64,000 nucleotides of DNA from NCBI RefSeq assembly GCF_001194135.2, contig NC_068985.1:38402797-38466796 (forward strand), read 5' to 3'. Under the pieces are notes generated by a model. It was given only the letters and a program-made list of their open reading frames with translations, ran no database searches and had not been told where the DNA came from. Positions 49,859 through 62,735 of the stretch are shown in pieces (positions within the stretch are counted from its first letter, which is position 1; every line of letters begins with the position of its first letter). This DNA comes from Octopus bimaculoides (lineage: Eukaryota). The position numbers and the translations under genes are program-made.

Positions 49859-51009
49859 TGTATGTATGAATGTATGTACTCATGCATGCATGTGTGTATG
49901 CATGTATGTGTGTATGTATGTATGTATGTATGTATGTATGTATGTATGTATGTATGCGTGTGTGTGTTGTGCAGGCCTGCATGTATACACACATATGTAT
50001 ACATACATGTGTGTATGTGTGTACTTACTAATCTATCTATCTATATTGATATATATGTATGCGTATGTAAATGTATATTTATACATGTAATTGTAAAACA
50101 TACACGCTCACACACATATAAATCATTATATATATATATATATATNNNNNNNNNNNNNNNNNNNNNNNNNNNNNNNNNNNNNNNNNNNNNNNNNNNNNNN
50201 NNNNNNNNNNNNNNNNNNNNNNNNNNNNNNNNNNNNNNNNNNNNNNNNNNNNGCATACAGTGTGTGTAACTTATCAGAGATTAGCCTGCTATATCCAGGA
50301 AATTTAGCAATATTGTGAAAAAAATACCCCATTGTGCCATTGTAGAGTTCTGGAGTCTGGTTTCATATTTTGCAGTTTGGTTCATTTATCTTACTTGAAT
50401 TCTTGATGACATTCTGTAACTTTAAATTACAGTAAGATTTTTTTTTATTGTAACAAGATCTTACAATTGCACGCTTTAAACATTGCGAATATAATGAGAA
50501 CTCCTCATGTTTCATGTAGAAGTGGATGGCTGTATATATAACTTAATTGCTATACATTTTGAAATACGGGGAAAATATTTTTCAGAGAGACTGGGTGAAA
50601 TGTTGTTCTCTCAGTTAAGGTTTTCACATTCTATCCTCTCGCTCATAAGAAATTAGCGGCCAAAGCATTAGTTTTGCAGCGTTTGTATCTACCACTAATA
50701 ATACAAGAACACTATATTTTAGGAATGATACTGCTCAGAGTCAATATTGATATAACTGAAATCTTAGAATATTGATATAAATTCCAGGCTTGTAGAATAA
50801 TACCTTCAAAGATAGCGGTGTTTTGAATTTTTGTACTGCAGCATACAAATTCATAAGCTGATACAAACCACCGTAGGTGTTATACTATTAACACTACAAT
50901 ATTTATAGCTGTTACACTTCAGGATTTTAATACTTCACCTTTCACTATGCCATAAATCTGTTTATAAGAAGAACAATGGAAACAATACTGCGATAATAAT
51001 AATAATCCT

Positions 51010-51222
51010 TTCTACTATAAGCACAAGGCCTGAAATTTTGGTGGAGGGGACTAATCGATTACAACGGTCCCAGTGTTTCACTGGTACTTAATTTATGAAC
51101 CTCGAAAGCATGATAGGCAAAGTTGACCTCGGCGGAATTTGAACTCAAAGCGTAAGGACTCGCGAAATACCGCTAAATATTTTGCCCGGCGTGCTCACGA
51201 TCCTGCCAGCTCGCCGCCTTAA
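51010..51222 (-). mobile_element. SINE family A, full length, in an (AAT) tract
   Basis: CTTTCTACTATAAGCACAAGGCCTGAAATTT...GGCGGAATTTGAACTC...GCCAGCTCGCCGCC. Confidence 0.9.
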
Positions 51223-51278
51223 TAATAATGATAATAATGGTTTCAAATTTTAGTACAAGGCACACACTCAAACACACG

Positions 51279-51310
<32 letters not shown>

Positions 51311-51377
51311 CGCACACACATACACACACATGCATACACAAATACACACACATATATACACACATGCACACTCTCTC

Positions 51378-51435
<58 letters not shown>

Positions 51436-51837
51436 AAGATGTAAGCATTTACGCTTGTATGTATGGCTATAAATGTATTCGCTCGCACGTGTGTCGGCAT
51501 GTATATCTGTGCGCATATTCTCATGAGTATTAGCACGCATCTATAAGATTATGTGTGATTCCATGTGACTATATTCTAACATGGCTTCTGAAAATTTCAT
51601 TAAATTATCGCTAATTTGTTCCGTTAAGTGCTTCAAAATTTGCAATGAGAACGCTCGGGTCATTTTTATAATTTTTAAGAACAAAATTTCATCTACTGTG
51701 CGTTACTTAGCTCTGAGGCCGCTTACGTATATAAATAATGCACCTCTTCCGTACGATCTTTGCTCCTCTCACGTGATTTTTTCTTTATCTTTCTCTCTAT
51801 ATTTCTCTCTCTGTCTTTCTCACTCTATCTATGACAG

Positions 51838-51912
51838 AGATGAACAAAATAGCCTGGACGTACTATCAGCAAATGAAGTCATAGAAAATCTTTTCCCCTG
51901 TGTTGGAAAAAG
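51838..51912 (+). CDS. Candidate plus-strand exon (75 bp, phase 2-2)
   Basis: Long pyrimidine tract ending TATGACAG and donor AAG|GTGAAA. Open frame (R)DEQNSLDVLSANEVIENLFPCVGK. Confidence 0.25.
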
Positions 51913-52017
51913 GTGAAAACGGAGGCAGCGAATCAAACGAACAAATACAGAAGCATATAATCAAAAGCTGTAATATAAGAATAGAACGTATAAAGCGACA
52001 AGAGGTTAGGTCGGCGA

Positions 52018-52076
52018 AGAAGAAGAAGAAGAAGAAGAAGAAGAAGAAGAAGAAGAAGAAGAAGAAGAAGAAGAAG
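52018..52076. repeat. (AAG)n microsatellite at a gap edge
   Basis: Directly visible. Confidence 0.95.
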
Positions 52077-52988
52077 NNNNNNNNNNNNNNNNNNNNNNNN
52101 NNNNNNNNNNNNNNNNNNNNNNNNNNNNNNNNNNNNNNNNNNNNNNNNNNNNNNNNNNNNNNNNNNNNNNNNNNNNNNNNNNNNNNNNNNNNNNNNNNNN
52201 NNNNNNNNNNNNNNNNNNNNNNNNNNNNNNNNNNNNNNNNNNNNNNNNNNNNNNNNNNNNNNNNNNNNNNNNNNNNNNNNNNNNNNNNNNNNNNNNNNNN
52301 NNNNNNNNNNNNNNNNNNNNNNNNNNNNNNNNNNNNNNNNNNNNNNNNNNNNNNNNNNNNNNNNNNNNNNNNNNNNNNNNNNNNNNNNNNNNNNNNNNNN
52401 NNNNNNNNNNNNNNNNNNNNNNNNNNNNNNNNNNNNNNNNNNNNNNNNNNNNNNNNNNNNNNNNNNNNNNNNNNNNNNNNNNNNNNNNNNNNNNNNNNNN
52501 NNNNNNNNNNNNNNNNNNNNNNNNNNNNNNNNNNNNNNNNNNNNNNNNNNNNNNNNNNNNNNNNNNNNNNNNNNNNNNNNNNNNNNNNNNAGGGGGATGA
52601 AGGGAGGAGGAGATGAAGGGAGGAGGGGGATGAAGGGATGATGGGGGATAAAGGGAGGAGGGGAGGAGGAAGAAAAGGAGGAGGAAGAAAAGGAGGTGGA
52701 GGAAAAAGAGGAGGAAGAGGAGGAGGACGACGACGACTACGATGGCATCGATGAAAGCAAGGAAATGATATGAAGGACGAGAAGGAGAATAAAAGAAAGA
52801 AAGAAAGAAATGGGGAAAGAAAAGAAGAAAGGCAGAAAAGAAGAAAGAAAACTGCAACGAAGACAAATGATCTAATTAAGCTATCAGAATATAGTAGTTG
52901 GAGCGGGGGGGGGGGGCTTGGAAATTAAACCGCTTTCTAAATTTTCTTAAATTAGCTCTACATCACATCGTAGCATTATATTAAAGAT

Positions 52989-53120
52989 TGAGTCTAAATT
53001 CCACCGGGGTCGACAATGCCTTCATCTGTTCGGGTCGATGAAATGAGTACCAGTTGAATACTGGGGTAGGAGTGATCGACTTGCCCCCTTTCCCGAAATT
53101 TCAGACCTTGTAGAAAGGTT
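52989..53120 (+). mobile_element. SINE family A, 5'-truncated and diverged
   Basis: GAGTCTAAATTCCACCGGGGTCGAC...GAGTACCAGTTGAATACTGGGG...GAAATTTCAGACCTTGT. Confidence 0.7.
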
Positions 53121-53194
53121 TATTACTTTAACGATTCGATTTTGATTCTCTGTGTGCCCAATAATTGTTAAGTTAGATTAAAGCATAAATCTTG

Positions 53195-53257
53195 GACACA
53201 TGTTTGAAAAACGAACACATATACAAGGAGAGAGAACACATGTGGGAAGAGAGAGAG

Positions 53258-53288
<31 letters not shown>

Positions 53289-53806
53289 CAGACAGACAAA
53301 GATAGAGAACATATGTAGGGAGAGAGATAAAGAGAGAGAGCGAGAGAGATAGACAGACAGTGACAGAGAACATATGTAAGAAGAAACGGAACACATAGTA
53401 AGAGAGAGAGAGAGAGGGAGACAGACAGACAGACAGACAAACAGAGACAGAGAACATGTGTAAGAAGAGGGAGAACACATGTAGGAAGTGAGATAGACAG
53501 ACAGAGACAGAGAACATGTGTAAGAAGAGCGATAATACATGAATACATGTAGGAAGAGTGTGAGAGAGAGAACACATGTAGGAAGAGAGTGAGAGAAAGA
53601 GACAGACAGACAGACGGACAGACAAGACAGAGAACATATGCAAGAAGAGAGAGAGCACATGTAAGAAAAGAGAGACAGAGAGAGACAGTCAGACACACAG
53701 AGACAGAGAGAGAACACATGTAGGAAGAGAGAGAGACAGAAAGACATTCAAATAGACAAAAAAGAAACAAAGAACATATATAAGAAGAGGGAGAACACAT
53801 GTAGGA

Positions 53807-53842
<36 letters not shown>

Positions 53843-53945
53843 ACAGAGTGACAGACAGACAGACAGACAGACAGAGACAGAGAACATATGTAAGAAGCGA
53901 GAGAGAGAGAGAGAGAGAGAGAGCACATGTAGGAAGTGAGAGAGA
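53195..53945. repeat. Compound minisatellite: alternating GAGAACATATGTAAGAAG and GAGAACACATGTAGGAAG cores with (GA)n/(GACA)n spacers
   Basis: The two cores recur many times at irregular 20-100 bp spacing. Confidence 0.85.
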
Positions 53946-54410
53946 GTAATAATTATGCTAATAATGACCTTATGAACAAGAAAGCAAATTGATTATTGAT
54001 TATGTAGATAATCATTGGTAGACGACAAGATTGGTAGAAAATAAGAAAACAAATAAGAGAATTGTGAAGGGAAGAATAAGAGTAAATGGTGAGTGAAATT
54101 TCTGAAGGAATTTAAATAAAGAAGTCTGAAACGGAAATGCTTAAGGGATGAGCTGAAGAAGAAAAACAAGGAGAAGTCGGAAGAAAAAAAAAAGCAGTGG
54201 AAAAAAACAAAAAAGGTAGGGAAAGCAGGGGAAAAGAAAGTTTTCTTAAAACACGCAGATGAGGAAGGAGATGGGAAAAGTAGAGAGAGAGGAAAAAAGG
54301 AAGGTAGAGGGAGGAGAAAAAAAGAAGGATTTTCAGGAGTNNNNNNNNNNCAAAATGAAGAAAAAATGTAAAGAAACGAAAAAGGAAAATGAAGAAACAA
54401 AGATGAAAGC

Positions 54411-54464
<54 letters not shown>

Positions 54465-54995
54465 GTGGTGGTGAAACAAGAAGAATTGGAGAACAAGAAG
54501 TAAAGAAATAAAGAAATAAAGAAGTAAAAAAGAAAAAAGGGTGACATGAATAAGAAGAAAAAGAAAGAAAAGGAGGAGATGAGACGGAAAGGTGGAGGAG
54601 AAGAAGAAGAAGAAGAAGAAGAAGAAGAAGAAGAAGAAGAACAACAACAACAACAACAACAACAACAATAACAGCAACAGCAGCAGCAGCAACAGCATTA
54701 AAGAAATAAATAAAGTACCAGTCAAGAATAGGTTCTGATTTAATCCTTTGCTTCGCTCAAATTTCAGGACTCAGATCTCTATGAAAACCAATTTTTGTTG
54801 CTATTAGGGATAACGAATTGTCTGAAGCATTAGATCGCCGGATTAAATGGTTGTCAGTATTTCCATTTTCACTTTAATGATATGACTGGCCGATTTAGCA
54901 TTTCGTTTTTTCCCCACAATGATTAATAAATTACCTGCCAAGTAATGTGGTGCAGTCCATTACGTAATTTTCTTTCTCATAACAAATTTGAAGTT

Positions 54996-55145
54996 ACATT
55001 ATTTAAATTATTTACATTCGACGAATATTTGTTCTCGTCTTGTTTGTTGTTAACACAACGTTTCAGCTGATATACCCTCCAGCCTTCTTCAAATGTCTTG
55101 GGGAAATTTTGAACCTGGGTTCTCATTCCTAAGTTATTTCGCAAT
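54996..55145 (-). mobile_element. Penelope-like-derived short repeat with hammerhead motif at 55052-55097 (C3 mutated to U)
   Basis: Homologous to 16334-16470. Minus strand GACAT-TTGAAGA-A-GGCTG..CAGCT-GAAA-CGTT-GTGTT. Confidence 0.7.
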
Positions 55146-55189
55146 GTTATCATTATTATTATTATTATTATTATAACATTGAACAATCC

Positions 55190-55365
55190 CTTAGGAATGA
55201 GAACCCAGGTTCGAAATTTCCCGTAGACACCTGAAGAATGCTGGAGGGTACATCAGCCGAAACGTTGTGTTAACAACAAACAAGATGAGGACAAATATCC
55301 GTCGAATGTAAATAATGTAAATAATTCAAATAATGAAATAATTCCTCATCTCTTAAATATAGAAG
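55190..55365 (+). mobile_element. Penelope-like-derived short repeat, inverted relative to its neighbour
   Basis: TTAGGAATGAGAACCCAGGTTCGAAATTTCCC..GACACCTGAAGA...GAAACGTTGTGTTAACAACAAACAAGATGAGGACAAATATCCGTCG. Confidence 0.7.
55226..55271 (+). ncRNA. Minimal type-I hammerhead ribozyme motif
   Basis: GACAC-CUGAAGA-A-UGCUG-loop-CAGCC-GAAA-CGUU-GUGUU. Core intact, G10.1 changed to U. Confidence 0.55.
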
Positions 55366-55459
55366 TGAAATTTGAAGTTACTTTCGATGGTGAAAGATTT
55401 TACCAACTGTACTTGATGCTATGTTGTTGTTAAACATGTCCACCAAATTTTTGTAACTA

Positions 55460-55710
55460 ATAAAGTACTCTCTGGGTCCTAGGACACATAACGCCAGTTA
55501 CCCGGCATAAGTGACCAAGATCGCAATATCTTCTCTGAACGAGAAGTCAGTCCGTCGGAGGGTTCTTCATTTGCAGCTGAGTAGAATGGAGTAACAGGAA
55601 ATGAAGTGTTTTGCTCAGGAATGCAACGCACCGCCCGTTTCGGGAATTGTAACCACGATCTTGCGATCCCTATTGCAAAACCCAAATCGACCAATCTCCA
55701 GTGGCCACGA
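55460..55710 (-). mobile_element. SINE family D, diverged
   Basis: CATTTGCAGCTGAGTAGAATGGAG...GAAATGAAGTGTTTTGCTCAGGAA...GGGAATTGTAACCACGATCTTGCGATC is the reverse complement of the family D core. Confidence 0.65.
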
Positions 55711-57489
55711 GCCTATACTCACGTTGTATAACCATCGTCATATATGAACTAGGAAACTAAGAAATCATTGTACATAAGTATTGGTCTGCATTATCATTCG
55801 CTCTTTATTCTCGTCCTTCTCAAAAAACCACCACCACCACCACCACTACCACCATCATCATATCCGTTTACTTTTCTTCCTGGGCGTTATCGCCGAAATC
55901 ATCGCCTGCAGAAAGAAAAAAAACAGAGAAAAAAAAATGTAGCATTAACTGTATACATATCTTCACTTTTAATACGTGCATATATATAATGCATAGAATG
56001 AATTATTATACAGTAATTTAATGCTATTTCTTTCTTACATATCACTTAGGCACGCTATATCGTCTAGCGGTATTTCCCCTTCTTAACTAACTGGATTACA
56101 TGTTTCCAGTTTCCCCCCAGACGTTATGCTAACTTACACAGGCGCATAAACAAGCGCGCTTTCACATTAATAGTACACACACACATACACACAGGGGTAA
56201 GCACACGTATTATTTACAATTCCATATTTACATTATCTGTTACATTATCTCAATGTTTTCATGGCTGTGGTTTCAGCTAAAGAAAATATCGACAGGGTTT
56301 ACTTTGAAAACGAGAAGGGTTGTACAACGTCTGTCGTTTCTACGCTTGGCTACACATTTAAATGAGAGAATGCACGGTGCATGTGTGTGTTAATTGGTGA
56401 TGTTGAAGATGTACTTAACTGCGGGAAATATGAAGAACTCAAGTTTCTATATTTCTGAAAGGAATCTAAATTCTTTGCATTTTTATAATGTTCACAAACT
56501 AAAATTCTCTTTGATTGTAAGATGAAGGAGTGTATTATATGAGTGACGAAATAGCTCTGTTAAATACATGTGTGTATGTTTGTGTATGAGCGTGTTCGAG
56601 TATGTGTGTACCTGTGTGTGCGCGTTTGCGTGTGCCATTGTACAAATTAATCAGAATAGTTGGTCTCTGTATAGCCATAGCCATGATGTCAACTGTTGTG
56701 AGAGAGAGGAGTGGGGTCTCAATTTTTAAATGGAAACCCCATTAACTGTATAATTTGTGAAAAACAAAATGAGTGTTAAATAATAATTAGATTTGCATAG
56801 GACTGCGGGGTATGTGTTCTCCTGAATCTGCAGAGCCCGCCTTGACTACGGGGGTGCTTTCATTTATTGCAACCCCAGGTGCTAAGTAGTAGTTTTGTGT
56901 CTACTTAGAGCTGAATGGACGACACCATTACTCACTTAACTCATGATTAATTAGTGCACTTAACCTCGAGCTGTTATTAATAAAAAAGCCATCTATGTAC
57001 CATACTAAATGCATATGAACTGTTCATAGACCAGCTACTACGGTATACGTCCAGAAATAACATCTCTTTTGGTTGAAGTGCGTTGAAAGCACAATAAATA
57101 TCGGAGCGAGACGAAAAATCTCTTTGTCAACTGCCAGCGAAAATGCCAGACGCATTTCGGCCATTTTAGATTTTTCCAATGAAGTATATTCGCAGCTAGC
57201 CACATGATATGATGAGAGTTTATCATCTCAATAGAAAATGGTAAATAAAATCCTCACTGGTGTTACGAAATCTAAATCAGCTTGATCCATTAGAGTATTA
57301 ATCTAAGGTGTTTCATCAATGACCAGTTAGTTTTTTTTTATAGACATATTTCTTGGATTACACCATAGACGATTCATGCTAACGATTCTGCCAGCTTGGC
57401 ACCTTCTTATCAATATAATGAACACTAGTAACGTAGTGTTCTTGACAAAATGAAACGTAGAAACAATTGAAAATATTTATGGTCAGTAC

Positions 57490-57682
57490 ATTAACTCTTT
57501 CGCATTCAGAATACTCTGTGAAATACTTATTTATTCACTTTGTTTTGAATTAATCATGAATTATCTCATAGACATTATATTTCAATTTTGTGATTGTTTA
57601 ATTTTAGAAAAACATTGTAAGATGGGTGTGAGAGTTTGGATCTGGCCAATTTCAACAAAAAACTACTAAGATATCTGAGACA
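57490..57682. mobile_element. Probable TTAA-type MITE fragment, interrupted by a SINE
   Basis: Starts TTAACTCTTTCGCATTCAGAATACTCTG and resembles a common cephalopod AT-rich MITE as I recall it. Only one end is visible. Confidence 0.35.
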
Positions 57683-57912
57683 GATATGACAGTGTGACAA
57701 GGCTGACCCTTTGAATTACAGGCACAACAGAAACAGGAAGTAAGAGTGAGAGAAAGTTGTGGTGAAAGAGTACACCAGGGTTCGCCACCATCCCCTGCCG
57801 GAGCCTCGTGGTGCTTTAGGTGTTTTCGCTCAATAAACACTCACAACGCCCGACAAGGGAATCGAAACTGTGATCCTATGACCGCGAGTCCGCTGCCCTA
57901 ACCGCCTCCACA
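57683..57912 (-). mobile_element. SINE family C, 5' two-thirds
   Basis: High identity to 14680-14890, e.g. GTAAGAGTGAGAGAAAGTTGTGGTGAAAG...CCTATGACCGCGAGTCCGCTGCCC. Confidence 0.9.
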
Positions 57913-58534
57913 TACATATATATACATACATACATACATACATACATACATGAATATATGTATATGCGCANNNNNNNNNNNNNNNNNNNNNNNNNNNNNN
58001 NNNNNNNNNNNNNNNNNNNNNNNNNNNNNNNNNNNNNNNNNNNNNNNNNNNNNNNNNNNNNNNNNNNNNNNNNNNNNNNNNNNNNNNNNNNNNNNNNNNN
58101 NNNNNNNNNNNNNNNNNNNNNNNNNNNNNNNNNNNNNNNNNNNNNNNNNNNNNNNNNNNNNNNNNNNNNNNNNNNNNNNNNNNNNNNNNNNNNNNNNNNN
58201 NNNNNNNNNNNNNNNNNNNNNNNNNNNNNNNNNNNNNNNNNNNNNNNNNNNNNNNNNNNNNNNNNNNNNNNNNNNNNNNNNNNNNNNNNNNNNNNNNNNN
58301 NNNNNNNNNNNNNNNNNNNNNNNNNNNNNNNNNNNNNNNNNNNNNNNNNNNNNNNNNNNNNNNNNNNNNNNNNNNNNNNNNNNNNNNNNNNNNNNNNNNN
58401 NNNNNNNNNNNNNNNNNNNNNNNNNNNNNNNNNNNNNNNNNNNNNNNNNNNNNNNNNNNNNNNNNNNNNNNNNNNNNNNNNNNNNNNNNNNNNNNNNNNN
58501 NNNNNNNNNNNNNNNNNNNNNNNNNNNNNNNNNN

Positions 58535-58613
58535 CACCTCCTCTTCCTCCACCCCTGCCGCTTTCTCCTCCACCTCCGCCTCTTCCTCCTCCTGCTCCTA
58601 CTCCACCCCAGCG

Positions 58614-58655
<42 letters not shown>

Positions 58656-60088
58656 CCAAAATCATCGAAATCATCACTATCATCGACGTCGCCGTCGTTA
58701 TTGTCGAAGTCGTCATTGTTACCTTCATAATGAGTCCCAGTGTCACCACCACCACCACCACTTACACCGTTATCATCATCATCATCATAATTTTCGTTAT
58801 CGTCGTCAGCACTCAGAACTGCAGCAATATCAGGTGCAACAACAACAACAATATCATCAACAACAGCAATAACCACAACAGCAACATAAATGAAAAGAAA
58901 TACGAAAACAACAAAAACAACAGCAAAACTAAAACAATGAAAAATAAAAAATGACTAACACTGTGAAATTAGAAACTGTTCCTATAGCAACGCTTGCAAG
59001 AATCACTGTATTTACGACGGAAAACAATAGTTTAGCGACAACAAAAAATCGAATAATAAAAACATATAAAAGAAAACAGAAAAAGTGTGAATAATAACAA
59101 CTACCACCAGAACCATGACCACCACCACCATTACTACCAGCACCGTTNNNNNNNNNNNNNNNNNNNNNNNNNNNNNNNNNNNNNNNNNNNNNNNNNNNNN
59201 NNNNNNNNNNNNNNNNNNNNNNNNNNNNNNNNNNNNNNNNNNNNNNNNNNNNNNNNNNNNNNNNNNNNNNNNNNNNNNNNNNNNNNNNNNNNNNNNNNNN
59301 NNNNNNNNNNNNNNNNNNNNNNNNNNNNNNNNNNNNNNNNNNNNNNNNNNNNNNNNNNNNNNNNNNNNNNNNNNNNNNNNNNNNNNNNNNNNNNNNNNNN
59401 NNNNNNNNNNNNNNNNNNNNNNNNNNNNNNNNNNNNNNNNNNNNNNNNNNNNNNNNNNNNNNNNNNNNNNNNNNNNNNNNNNNNNNNNNNNNNNNNNNNN
59501 NNNNNNNNNNNNNNNNNNNNNNNNNNNNNNNNNNNNNNNNNNNNNNNNNNNNNNNNNNNNNNNNNNNNNNNNNNNNNNNNNNNNNNNNNNNNNNNNNNNN
59601 NNNNNNNNNNNNNNNNNNNNNNNNNNNNNNNNNNNNNNNNNNNNNNNNNNNNNNNNNNNNNNNNNNNNNNNNNNNNNNNNNNNNNNNNNNNNNNNNNNNN
59701 NNNNNNNNNNNNNNNNNNNNNNNNNNNNNNNNNNNNNNNNNNNNNNNNNNNNNNNNNNNNNNNNNNNNNNNNNNNNNNNNNNNNNNNNNNNNNNNNNNNN
59801 NNNNNNNNCACCACCACTAAAACGACGACCATCAACACCACCACAACCACCAGCGCCATCACTAACACTGCCATCACCACCACCACCATCCCGCCACCAT
59901 GCTACCACTACCATCATCACCCTCATCACCAGCATCACCAACACCGCCACCACCACCACCACGGCAACGATCACAACAACCACAACCACCACCGCCACAA
60001 CAGCAACAACAACCGGCATAGCAATAACAACTGGACACTAAACAAGGCAAACAACAACAGCAACAACAACAGTAGCAACAGCAGCAGC

Positions 60089-60119
<31 letters not shown>

Positions 60120-62075
60120 ATATTAAACACCTGCAGCAGGTTTATGAAGAATCATCAACAGCGTCAGTACAGTTCTGTCGTTCTTGTAAAAACTCGGTTG
60201 CGATGATTCCTTTATAAACCTGTCATTAACCTAAAATGTTACGTTGTCCGCTCGCAGCATTTGTAACCTCATTAATGTTGCAGTTATTGTCGCCATTAAA
60301 ATCATTAGTTCCTTTTGCTAATGTCACTGTTCTCAATTAGCTAAATCTAGCACCGCCATCTTTGCCATCTCCGCCATCTCCGTCATCTTCGCCATCTTCA
60401 TCTCAGTCTTCGCCTTCTCCTCAGTCTTGGCCATCTCCGCCTTGGCCATCTCCGCCTTCGCCATCTCCGCCATCTTCACCATCGCCTCAGTCTCCACCAT
60501 CTCCGCCATCTCCACCATCTCCGCTATCTTCGCCATCTTCGCCATCTCCGCCATCTCCGCCATCTCACCATCTCCACCATCTCCGCCATCTCACCATCAC
60601 CTCAGTCTCCACCATCTCCGCCATCTCCACCATCTNNNNNNNNNNNNNNNNNNNNNNNNNNNNNNNNNNNNNNNNNNNNNNNNNNNNNNNNNNNNNNNNN
60701 NNNNNNNNNNNNNNNNNNNNNNNNNNNNNNNNNNNNNNNNNNNNNNNNNNNNNNNNNNNNNNNNNNNNNNNNNNNNNNNNNNNNNNNNNNNNNNNNNNNN
60801 NNNNNNNNNNNNNNNNNNNNNNNNNNNNNNNNNNNNNNNNNNNNNNNNNNNNNNNNNNNNNNNNNNNNNNNNNNNNNNNNNNNNNNNNNNNNNNNNNNNN
60901 NNNNNNNNNNNNNNNNNNNNNNNNNNNNNNNNNNNNNNNNNNNNNNNNNNNNNNNNNNNNNNNNNNNNNNNNNNNNNNNNNNNNNNNNNNNNNNNNNNNN
61001 NNNNNNNNNNNNNNNNNNNNNNNNNNNNNNNNNNNNNNNNNNNNNNNNNNNNNNNNNNNNNNNNNNNNNNNNNNNNNNNNNNNNNNNNNNNNNNNNNNNN
61101 NNNNNNNNNNNNNNNNNNNNNNNNNNNNNNNNNNNNNNNNNNNNNNNNNNNNNNNNNNNNNNNNNNNNNNNNNNNNNNNNNNNNNNNNNNNNNNNNNNNN
61201 NNNNNNNNNNNNNNNNNNNNNNNNNNNNNNNNNNNNNNNNNNNNNNNNNNNNNNNNNNNNNNNNNNNNNNNNNNNNNNNNNNNNNGACCACTGATCACTT
61301 ACCATCGCCGCCACCGCCGCTGCCACCGCCGTCAGTACCACCGCCACCTCCGCTGTCGTCAATAACATCAGCAGTAGGAATAAATAGTTCAACTACCATC
61401 GGCAGCAACAACAATAAACCTAATACTATCACCACCACCAACGCCACCACTACCACCATCCCCACCACTAACAACAACACCGCCAACACGACTACCACAA
61501 TCACTGTCACCATTACCATCTCCGCCACTACCACCACAACCACCACCAACTACAACAACGACACCGCCATCATGACAACCACCATAACATCACCATCACT
61601 ACCTCCACAACTACCAAGACTACCACCAGCATCACAACCACCGCAACCACGACATATGCTACAACTACTACCACCACAAACTCCCTGACTGCCACCACTA
61701 TCACAACGACCTCTATTACTACCACTATTACAACCACCATTACCATTACTATCACTCATTTTCTGCAGTACAGCCACGACGACCTCTATCACTACCACTA
61801 TTACAACCACCACTACCATTACCACCACTACCACCATCATGATTACAACCACCACCTCACCACTACCAACGGCAATAATATCTATAACGGATATCTATAA
61901 CAACACCACCACTATTATTACAATAATCACAACTATCTCTAGTATCTACTACCACCACAACTACCACCTCCATTGACACCCCCACCAGCACCAACACCAC
62001 CACCATTACCACGGTCAACATATACAGCGACTGTAGCTACTCCATCGCTACCATCATTGCTATTACCATTAACTA
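58535..62075. repeat. Extended low-complexity trinucleotide region (CAC/CAT/AAC/CAG/ACT) with gaps, including a 9-bp (CCATCTCCG)n array at 60352-60635
   Basis: Directly visible. ORFs here are homopolymeric in all frames. Confidence 0.85.
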
Positions 62076-62430
62076 ATACCAACAGCCCGGCTATAAGAAC
62101 CATGCGAATATATATATGACCTTCCCCTTCCTCTTCCCGCCTTTTGTATTCGCATATTCAGCTGTATTACTTTCACTTTCAGTCCCTATTGGAGAATCAA
62201 CTGGTTCCTCTCATTTTCTGCAGTACAGCTATATTATTAAGAGACACCAGTAATCGTCAACAAGAGAAACCTTGTTAGAAACAACAGCTAGATATCCCTC
62301 AAATCACCCTTTAACATCTTGATAAATGGATTATGTAGAATGTTCTAGTTATACACAGTCTGGAATGAATATGGAATGGTCGCGATTGGAAAGCCCTTGG
62401 TTATAAGGCCTGCAAAATAAGGGTTATACT

Positions 62431-62497
62431 GAGAAGAAGAAGAAGAAGAAGAAGAAGAAGAAGAAGAAGAAGAAGAAGAAGAAGAAGAAGAAGAAAG
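62431..62497. repeat. (AAG)n microsatellite
   Basis: Directly visible. Confidence 0.95.
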
Positions 62498-62619
62498 AGT
62501 TATCTCCATATTGTTATTTGACATAATTAAAGTAACACAAATTTAGAGAATCACACCCCTAGTGTCTTTCAATGGCAGGGCTTCGGTGGTGGTGGTTATT
62601 CGCACATTAAATAATGTGG

Positions 62620-62735
62620 TATTGGGTCAACTCTACAAGATTAGATTGACCCTGTACTCAACTGCTACTTATATTATCAACTCCGAAAGAATGAAAGGCA
62701 AAGTCGACCCCGGCAGCATTTCAACTCAAGCTAAA
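62620..62735 (-). mobile_element. SINE family A, old fragment
   Basis: GATTGACCCTGTACTCAACTGCTACTTATATTATCAACTCCGAAAGAATGAAAGGCAAAGTCGACCCCGGC matches 32080-32160. Confidence 0.7.

Noticed and set aside
53195-53945. CRISPR-like repeat-spacer array
   Set aside because: The spacers are microsatellites of irregular length, the context is eukaryotic and there are no cas genes.
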